A DNA stretch of 64,000 nt from positions 854,760 through 918,759 of the forward strand of contig OZ253457.1 of NCBI GenBank assembly GCA_965261285.1, written 5' to 3'. The number at the start of each line of letters is the position of its first letter. Position 1 is the stretch's first letter. This DNA is from Vicinamibacterales bacterium (GTDB lineage: Bacteria; Acidobacteriota; Vicinamibacteria; Vicinamibacterales; UBA8438). Position numbers and translations under genes: made by a program. This document shows, in pieces, positions 1-7,497 of the stretch. The notes under the pieces were generated by a model. It made no database searches. It was not told the origin of the DNA and saw nothing but the letters and a program-made list of their open reading frames with translations.

Positions 1-158
1 CCGTCCACGTGCACGGTGCAGGCCCCGCAGGCGGCGATGCCGCAGCCGAACTTGGTGCCCGTCAGTCCGAGCGTATCGCGCAGCACCCACAGCAGCGGCG
101 TGTCCGGCTCCACGTCCACTGTGCGGGGCTCACCGTTCACGTTGAGCGTGATTGCCAC
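1..158 (-). CDS. (2Fe-2S)-binding small subunit of a molybdenum hydroxylase (IorA/CoxS-like), 5' part only; runs off the window edge
   Basis: Manual translation from GTG at 158: [53 protein letters not shown], with the GCxxxxCGAC 2Fe-2S motif; GGGAGG Shine-Dalgarno upstream. Not in the ORF track. Confidence 0.9.
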   Translation of the reverse strand, partial: MAITLNVNGEPRTVDVEPDTPLLWVLRDTLGLTGTKFGCGIAACGACTVHVD

Positions 159-259
159 CCCTGACCTCCCGTCGCACGGTGTTTCCCCTCATCGTAGCGC
201 ATCGCGGGCCTCGCCGGTCGGGGCCCTGCGTTCCCGGCGAAAAGTGGTACGTTCGGCGG

Positions 260-505
260 ATGGACGGAACCCCGTCGTCGCACACCGTGGACAAGTGGGT
301 GCCCCGGCTGTTCTGGGCCGCGGCCGCCGTCGGCATCGCCGTGTTGGCCTACCGCAACCTCCCGTGGTTCCGGTCACCGGCAGACGATTCCGTATTCATG
401 CTGGGGTTCCCCTTGGTCCTGGCCGGGGTGCGGTGGTGGTTCCGGAAAGTGGTGTGGCCGGCCGATCTGCCGGACGACGCCAGCCGGCTCGAGGAGAGTC
501 CATGA
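260..505 (+). CDS. small hypothetical membrane protein (2 TM helices)
   Basis: ORF 152..505; ATG at 260 gives 81 aa with two hydrophobic segments (LFWAAAAVGIAVLAY, VFMLGFPLVLAGVRWW). Confidence 0.5.
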   Translation: MDGTPSSHTVDKWVPRLFWAAAAVGIAVLAYRNLPWFRSPADDSVFMLGFPLVLAGVRWWFRKVVWPADLPDDASRLEESP

Positions 506-554
506 CCCTCGGTTCCGCGGTTCCGGACTTCGCAGCCGCGTCGCGGCCCTCCAG

Positions 555-2321
555 TCAGGACGAGGGCGCTTCCTCGATCTCCACGTCGAACGCCGCCGTC
601 TCGACCGCCGTTCCCGGCTTCACCTGGACGACGATGCGGTAGGCGCCCGGTGCCGGGAAGACGAAGGGGAACTCCACCCGGTTGGCGGGGCCGGACGGCG
701 AATGGCCTCCGTGCTCCGCGCTGGGCGCCTCGCCGCCGGCGCCGCCCTCCGCCTCGGTGAAGCGTCGTTGCGCGGCGAGGTTGATGCTGCCGGCGGGATG
801 CAGGTGCACGAACACGGAGCCGTCGTCCCGGAGGACGGCGGCGTGGCTGAGCATGCCCATGTAGGGCTCGAGGGCCGACGGCGTTCCATCCGGCTCGGTC
901 ACCGAGAACCGCAGCGTGGCCTCCTCGTCGACCGCGATCGGGCCGTCGCGTTCCCATCGCATGGTGCGCCCGCTGAGCAGCGGGTAGCTCTCCGATGGCG
1001 ATGCGCCGTAAGGGCGCAGGGTCGCCCAGGAGTCGTCCGGGTCGGGCGCCGGACCCCCCGCCGGCGCGTCGCTGCCATCCGCCGCCTCCCGTGGGCCCCC
1101 GCCGGGGCCGGCCGGCGGTACCCGCGCCGTGTTCACCAAGGTGGGCGCGAACCCGTTCTCGTGCACGATGTCGGCGTAGATGCGGTACTCGCCGGCCGGC
1201 AGCGGCGGCAGCGGCACCGTGAACGACGCGTCGCCGTCACCGTCGCGCACGGGGTGGACGTGGGCGAACGCCGACAGGTCGTCGGCCCGCACCAGGAACA
1301 GGTGCATCAGCTTGCCGTGGTCCGGCAGCAACGCCGCCCCGGGCAGGCCCCGGCTCGCGGACCACCGTGGATCGTCGATCTCGAGGGTCAGGACCTGCCC
1401 CCCGTCGGCTGTCGTCACGGCCGCGGTGGTGCTCCACGGGCGGTAGATGCGGCTCCGGTAGGCGGCGTCGACCGCGTCCCACCAGCGCCAGCCGCCGAGG
1501 AGGACGGCGCCGAGCACGACCGAGAACACGACCATCGCGAGGCGGCCGCGGCGGCGCCGCCACGCGTCGGGCTCGCGGCCCGGCTCGAGCACGCTCTCGC
1601 GGACGGCGGCGCCGAGGATGGTCAGCGCCCCCGCGAAGAGGAACAGGGCGGCGGCGGCGAGCCCCAGACCGACCACGGGATCCATGCCGAGCCGCCGCTC
1701 GGCCAGCGCCAGCACGGGGACGAAGACCGTTCCATTCCCGGCCGCGCCGGCCACGCCGACCTCCACGCTGTACGAGCCGGCCGTCATCAGCCACAGCTCG
1801 CCGCCGTACAGCCCCGCCTCGCCCCGCACGGGGCGGGCGGCGTCGGGGGGCGGCGCGCCCTCCAGCCCCACGTCCGACCGCAACGGGCGCACCGTCACCC
1901 GCTCGACGCCCTCGCCCTCGAGAATCCGCACCGTGACCTGGGCGAGGCCGGGGACCACGCCGGGCGTCCGCACGATGACGCGGACGCCGTACGGCCCCGC
2001 CGCGCCGTCGAAGTAGGCATTGGAGGTGCCCACGTGGGCCGAGGCGACCACCCCGCCGGCGGCGGCGAGCACGGCCGCGAGCAGGACAGCGGCACGCGTG
2101 CGCAGCCGGGTGGCGAGCGCACTCCCCGGGGGGGCGGCGGCAACCTCGGGCGATCGCGGGCCGCGTCGCGGCGGCACGAAGAACCGGGGCGGGACGCTGG
2201 CAACCTCGGGCGATCGCGGGCTGCGTTGCAGCGGCAAGAGGAACCGGGACGGGACGCCGGCAGCCTCGGGCGATCGGGGGCCGCGTCGCGGCGGCACGAA
2301 GAACCGTAGCGAGGCGGCCAC
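555..2321 (-). CDS. exported, membrane-anchored His-rich putative copper protein (PmoB-like architecture; candidate B subunit)
   Basis: GTG starts 1 nt after the upstream TAG. Signal peptide ending ASA then His (HVGTSNAY), a soluble beta-rich domain, two TM helices, then two domains each with H-x(n)-HxHP (HGKLMHLFLVRADDLSAFAHVHP; YMGMLSHAAVLRDDGSVFVHLHP). Confidence 0.75.
   Translation of the reverse strand: MAASLRFFVPPRRGPRSPEAAGVPSRFLLPLQRSPRSPEVASVPPRFFVPPRRGPRSPEVAAAPPGSALATRLRTRAAVLLAAVLAAAGGVVASAHVGTSNAYFDGAAGPYGVRVIVRTPGVVPGLAQVTVRILEGEGVERVTVRPLRSDVGLEGAPPPDAARPVRGEAGLYGGELWLMTAGSYSVEVGVAGAAGNGTVFVPVLALAERRLGMDPVVGLGLAAAALFLFAGALTILGAAVRESVLEPGREPDAWRRRRGRLAMVVFSVVLGAVLLGGWRWWDAVDAAYRSRIYRPWSTTAAVTTADGGQVLTLEIDDPRWSASRGLPGAALLPDHGKLMHLFLVRADDLSAFAHVHPVRDGDGDASFTVPLPPLPAGEYRIYADIVHENGFAPTLVNTARVPPAGPGGGPREAADGSDAPAGGPAPDPDDSWATLRPYGASPSESYPLLSGRTMRWERDGPIAVDEEATLRFSVTEPDGTPSALEPYMGMLSHAAVLRDDGSVFVHLHPAGSINLAAQRRFTEAEGGAGGEAPSAEHGGHSPSGPANRVEFPFVFPAPGAYRIVVQVKPGTAVETAAFDVEIEEAPSS
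2139..2306. repeat. 60-bp tandem repeat, about 2.8 copies, encoding the N-terminal extension of the 555..2321 protein
   Basis: Units start at 2141, 2201 and 2261 (caacctcgggcgatcgcggg...gaaccgg). Confidence 0.9.
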
Positions 2322-2322
2322 G

Positions 2323-3930
2323 CTACCTCCGGACCCGCGCCAGCCAGTCGCCGCACCAGAGGCCGAGGGCGGCCGACACCGCGGCGACCAGCGCGGTGCG
2401 GCCCGCCGTCCCCGCCGTCATCGGCTCGCCCCAGAACTCGTACTGGAAGGCCCCGGGGGCCACGTTGTAGCCGAACTGGTCGGCCGCGAAGACGAAGTTG
2501 CGGGCGCCCTCGGTCAGGAGGAACCCGGCGAACGGCCACTGCACGGCGGCGAGCGCGAGCATCGCGGCGACGCCCGCCCCGGCGGCGCCCGCCATTCGCC
2601 GGATGCCGCCCACGCCGGCCGGCATCCGGCGAATGGCGGCGTCGATGACGAGGGCCGGGGCCACGAGCAGGATGGGGAACGACGGCGGCACCATGCGGTC
2701 GATGTCGCGCAGTATCGGGGCCAGCATCGGCTGGGCGGGAAAGAGCTGCAGCGTCCACATCACGAGCAGGGTGACGCCCATGTAGGCGCCGCCGGCGGCG
2801 GTGGCCCCCCACCGCGCCGCCGCGCCCCGGGCGATGCCGGTCAGCAGGAAGGGGAAGATGGCGGCGCTCACGAGGAAGAACGTCGGTCCGTGCTGCTGGT
2901 TGGGCGTCATGATGTACTCGGCGAACAGGGTCGCCACCATCAGGATCACCAGGCCGCCCGCGTAGGGGAACAGCCCCTGGAGCACCCGGTCGGCGGCCGC
3001 CGCGCGGTTCTGCCGGGCCACCGCCATCAGCATCGCGCCGGCGCCGATGCCGAACATGCCCAGGGCGAGGACGACGTGGGGCGGGCTCAGTATCTCGACG
3101 TCGAGCCCGTAGGCGTTGTGCCACCAGTCGTCGAAGGGGGCCGACACGATCATCGCCAGCGCGCCCCAGATGCAGAGCCAGGCCCCGAGCGGGCCGCGGA
3201 AGCCCCAGAACCGGACGCCGGCGGCGCGTTCCTCCGGGCTGCCCGCGAAGGTGGTGCGCAGCACCAGCCAGCCGCACGAGAGCCCCGCGACGACGCCGCC
3301 CAGGTAGATGGCGAGGTGGGCCGGCGTCCAGAAAGAGTCGCGCCCGATGGACCGGTGCCACGAGATGTCCCAGAGCACCCCGACGATGATGCTCGTCGAC
3401 GCGAACGTGACCGCGAGCAGGGACCAGGGGACGGTCGCCGCCGCCTTCGGCGCCGCCGCGTCGGGTTCGGCCACCGCCGCCGCCGCGTCGGGTTCGGCCA
3501 CCGCCGCCGCCGCGCGGGGTTCGGCCACCGTCGCTGCCGCGTCGGGTTCGGCCACCGCCGCCGCCGCGCGGGGTTCGACCACCGCCGCTGCCGCGTCGGG
3601 TTCGGCCACCGCCGCTGCCGCGTCGGGTTCGGCCACCGCCGCCGCCGCGCGGGGTTCGACCACCGCCGCTGCCGCGTCGGGTTCGGCCACCGTCGCTGCC
3701 GCGTCGGGTTCGGCCACCGTCGCTGCCGCGTCGGGTTCGGCCACCGTCGCTGCCGCGTCGGGTTCGGCCACCGCCGCTGCCGCGTCGGGTTCGGCCACCG
3801 CCGCTGCCGCGTCGGGTTCGGCCACCGCCGCTGCCGCGTCGGGTTCGGCCACCGCCGCTGCCGCGTCGGGTTCGGCCACCGCCGCCGCCGGGGCGCCCGG
3901 AGCCCGCGCGGGAAGCCCGAGGCTGGACAT
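2323..3930 (-). CDS. polytopic membrane protein with PmoC/AmoC-like CuC and CuD motifs fused to a PmoA/AmoA-like domain
   Basis: ATG 3930 is preceded by TACGCT 6 nt upstream (leaderless-type). Motifs WDISWHRSIGRDSFWTPAH and FDDWWHNAYGLDVEILSPPH. C-terminal FP..WGAT, FPxxLVxxAxxxD, WP and ADxxGY resemble PmoA. By-eye comparison only. Confidence 0.7.
   Translation of the reverse strand: MSSLGLPARAPGAPAAAVAEPDAAAAVAEPDAAAAVAEPDAAAAVAEPDAAAAVAEPDAAATVAEPDAAATVAEPDAAATVAEPDAAAAVVEPRAAAAVAEPDAAAAVAEPDAAAAVVEPRAAAAVAEPDAAATVAEPRAAAAVAEPDAAAAVAEPDAAAPKAAATVPWSLLAVTFASTSIIVGVLWDISWHRSIGRDSFWTPAHLAIYLGGVVAGLSCGWLVLRTTFAGSPEERAAGVRFWGFRGPLGAWLCIWGALAMIVSAPFDDWWHNAYGLDVEILSPPHVVLALGMFGIGAGAMLMAVARQNRAAAADRVLQGLFPYAGGLVILMVATLFAEYIMTPNQQHGPTFFLVSAAIFPFLLTGIARGAAARWGATAAGGAYMGVTLLVMWTLQLFPAQPMLAPILRDIDRMVPPSFPILLVAPALVIDAAIRRMPAGVGGIRRMAGAAGAGVAAMLALAAVQWPFAGFLLTEGARNFVFAADQFGYNVAPGAFQYEFWGEPMTAGTAGRTALVAAVSAALGLWCGDWLARVRR
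3458..3889. repeat. 27-bp coding tandem repeat x16, (AAA[A/T]V[A/V]EP[D/R])n
   Basis: Unit cgcgtcgggttcggccaccgccgctgc; 16 copies counted in the translation. Confidence 0.97.
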
Positions 3931-3936
3931 CTGTCC

Positions 3937-3942
3937 AGCGTA
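3937..3942 (-). promoter_or_regulatory. putative -10 element of a leaderless promoter for the CA-B unit
   Basis: TACGCT-ggacag-ATG(3930) on the minus strand. Confidence 0.4.
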
Positions 3943-4150
3943 ACGCAGGGCCCCGAACCGCGGCAAGATTCCCGCGGCCTGCGGCCCGCGCGGGCGCCGG
4001 CGTGGCGTCGGCCCCGGCGACGCGCTACTATCACCCCGAGTCGACACCGCACCCCGACCGTCGCCGCTCGGCGTTCCGTCGGGACGGTCGCGGCCCGGCG
4101 GAGGGCCGGTTTCCGGACCGGGCCGGCCGGTCCCGCACAGCAGGTTCCGC

Positions 4151-5698
<1,548 letters not shown>

Positions 5699-5735
5699 GG
5701 CTGACAAAACGGCACGGCCCGTGCGGGAGCGGGCG

Positions 5736-6180
5736 TCAGCGCGGGACGTCGCGCACGCGCCGCCGCATCTCTTCCAGCCGGTCCCGGTAGCGCCGGCGGT
5801 AGGCGGCGTGGTCGAGGCCGAACGGGCTGTCGCTCGGCTCGAAGCCGGCGAGAACCTGGTCGGGGTCGGCCTCGGCAAGGGGGCGCAGGGCCGCAACCTG
5901 CTCCTCGAACGGGTCGACCAAGCGGGGTCGATCGGCCAGCAGCCGCCGCAGGACGTGGACGCCGAAGGCGATGTGACGCTCCTCGTCGCGCTGGATCAGG
6001 TGGATGCCGCGCTCGAGACCGGGGAACCGGCCGCTCCGCTCGAACAGGGCGTAGTAGAGGGAATAGCCGGCCTCGGCGGCCACGCCCTCGACGTAGACGT
6101 GGTAGAGCACGACCGCCCGCAGCAGGGCCTCGGGGCTGTCGTCGTCGAGGAGCGCCCGCATGGCCCGCGGCAGGCGGGCG
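5736..6180 (-). pseudogene. 5'-truncated R2-like ligand-binding oxidase (R2lox, ferritin-like Mn/Fe)
   Basis: LPRAMRALLDDDSPEA..LYHVYVEGVAAEAGY...FPGL..GI.LIQRDEERHIAFG matches the C-terminal half of R2lox. Upstream sequence lacks the first Glu and first ExxH. Confidence 0.75.
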
Positions 6181-6385
6181 GACCTCGCGGGCCGCCAAGC
6201 GGAACGCGACCGTGCCTGACTCAGCTCAGCCGCCCTCGTGCAGCTCGTCACGGGCGACGGCGACATAAAACGGTGTTGCCGCAGTATAGGTGCTGAATAT
6301 CAGGACCTGCTGGAGCGGTGACGCCGGCCGACAAGCGCCATTCGGTCCTGCCCCTCCGCTTCCGGAGCGAGCGCCGGCGTTCAAC

Positions 6386-6790
6386 TCACTCCTCCGCACC
6401 AAGGAGACGACGCAGACGCGACGTGGCTTGCGTCCGGTCGAGCCGACTGGCGGCCACGTCGAGGGTCAGAGCCTCCCAGGCGTTCGCGTCGAGGTGCTCG
6501 TTTGGAAGCAGACCGTTCTCGCTGAGAAAGACCAGGCAAGGGGCCAGCGCCACGAGCTTGTTGCCGTCGACGAAGGGGTGGCTCCGGCAGAGGTAGAACA
6601 GGTACGCCCCTGCGATCTCCACCGGGTCGGTCAGCAACGGCTCGCCCAGCATTGTCGCCTGCGGCGCGGCCACCGCAGATTCCAGCCGCGCCTCGTCCCT
6701 CAATCCAGGCGCTCCCCCGTGGGCCGCGAGCACTTCGCGGTGGATCGACTTGACGGCGGCCACGGTCGGGTGAACGAGCGGCGGCGTCAA
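6386..6790 (-). CDS. Doc (death-on-curing)/Fic family toxin with altered motif
   Basis: IHREVLAAHGGAPGLRD..LESAVAAP and HPFVDGNKL (canonical HPFxDGNKR). Confidence 0.9.
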   Translation of the reverse strand: MTPPLVHPTVAAVKSIHREVLAAHGGAPGLRDEARLESAVAAPQATMLGEPLLTDPVEIAGAYLFYLCRSHPFVDGNKLVALAPCLVFLSENGLLPNEHLDANAWEALTLDVAASRLDRTQATSRLRRLLGAEE

Positions 6791-7209
6791 GACAGCCGCC
6801 GGAACAGGTCGTCGTTCGTGCGGATCAACCGCTTCGCGGTCTCAGCAGCTCTATCGGGACCGATGACGGAACGGCGGGCACGCATGAGCAGCGCATCTTC
6901 TACGGTTTCCTTGGTTCCGCTCGTGATGAGCAGATGGGCGGCGTAGGAGATGCTGAGGTCCATCTGCCGTGCCAGGTCGACGAGGTGGTGGTATGCGGCG
7001 GGAGAAATCCGGATCGAACGGGAGTTTCGGTCGGTGGTTGCGGCCACGACCTGAACGGCCCCGTGGGTGATGAGCAGGTTGGCGGCAAAGGCGAGGCTGG
7101 TGCCCATCTGCCGCGCCACCTCGACGAGATGGGAGTGTGCCGCGGACGAGATGCGGATCGATCGGGCGCGTTTGTCGGTCGTTGCCTCCGTGACACGAAT
7201 TGCAGCCAT
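6787..7209 (-). CDS. putative antitoxin with two tandem ribbon-helix-helix-like repeats
   Basis: Overlaps the doc start by 4 nt. Two ~42-aa repeats (SIRISxAAxxHLVxxARQM..S..xAAxLLITxG); C-terminal RLIRTNDDLFRRLS is typical of Doc-neutralising tails. Confidence 0.7.
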   Translation of the reverse strand: MAAIRVTEATTDKRARSIRISSAAHSHLVEVARQMGTSLAFAANLLITHGAVQVVAATTDRNSRSIRISPAAYHHLVDLARQMDLSISYAAHLLITSGTKETVEDALLMRARRSVIGPDRAAETAKRLIRTNDDLFRRLS

Positions 7210-7319
7210 TGTGCATCTGATCGTACCACAAAGAGTCGCAAGCTCTCGCGCGGCGGGCATCCGGTCGTCACGTTGCTGCACGCGAGCCCGAGCAGCAGCA
7301 GGGCCAGGACCTGGCCCTG

Positions 7320-7423
7320 CCTCCCGGGCAGGCTGAAGCTCGGGGCCGAGCTCGACCTCGGCAGCGGCGACGACGACCCGCCGACCGCGTCCACGGCACG
7401 TTCGACCAGCTCTATCCGCTGGG
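7320..7423 (+). repeat. orphan ~105-bp copy of an internal segment of the alginate-export gene (12421..12525)
   Basis: cctcccgggcaggctgaagctcggggcc...gtccacggcacgttcgaccagctctatccgctggg occurs at both sites, with a few substitutions and a 1-nt deletion here. Confidence 0.9.
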
Positions 7424-7497
7424 TGGACTTCAGGGCCGACGGGCCGGGAGAGAAGGCTCTCTCCCGGCCGTCGGCATGCGGGGTTGCCCGAGAGCGG

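Noticed and set aside
555-3930. Calling these genes pmoCAB/amoCAB (true methane or ammonia monooxygenase)
   Set aside because: Similarity is limited to motifs seen by eye. The PmoA DWDFW and PmoB HxH brace are absent and no methanol or hydroxylamine oxidation genes are in the window, so no gene symbols were assigned.
4030-4150. Riboswitch in the BCCT leader
   Set aside because: GC-rich hairpins are present, but I could not recognise a known aptamer consensus.
6985-7020. Possible att duplicate of the tmRNA 3' end (tggtggtatgcggcgggag versus tggtggaggcggcgggag)
   Set aside because: The match is interrupted, short in a GC-rich background, and lies inside the antitoxin coding sequence.
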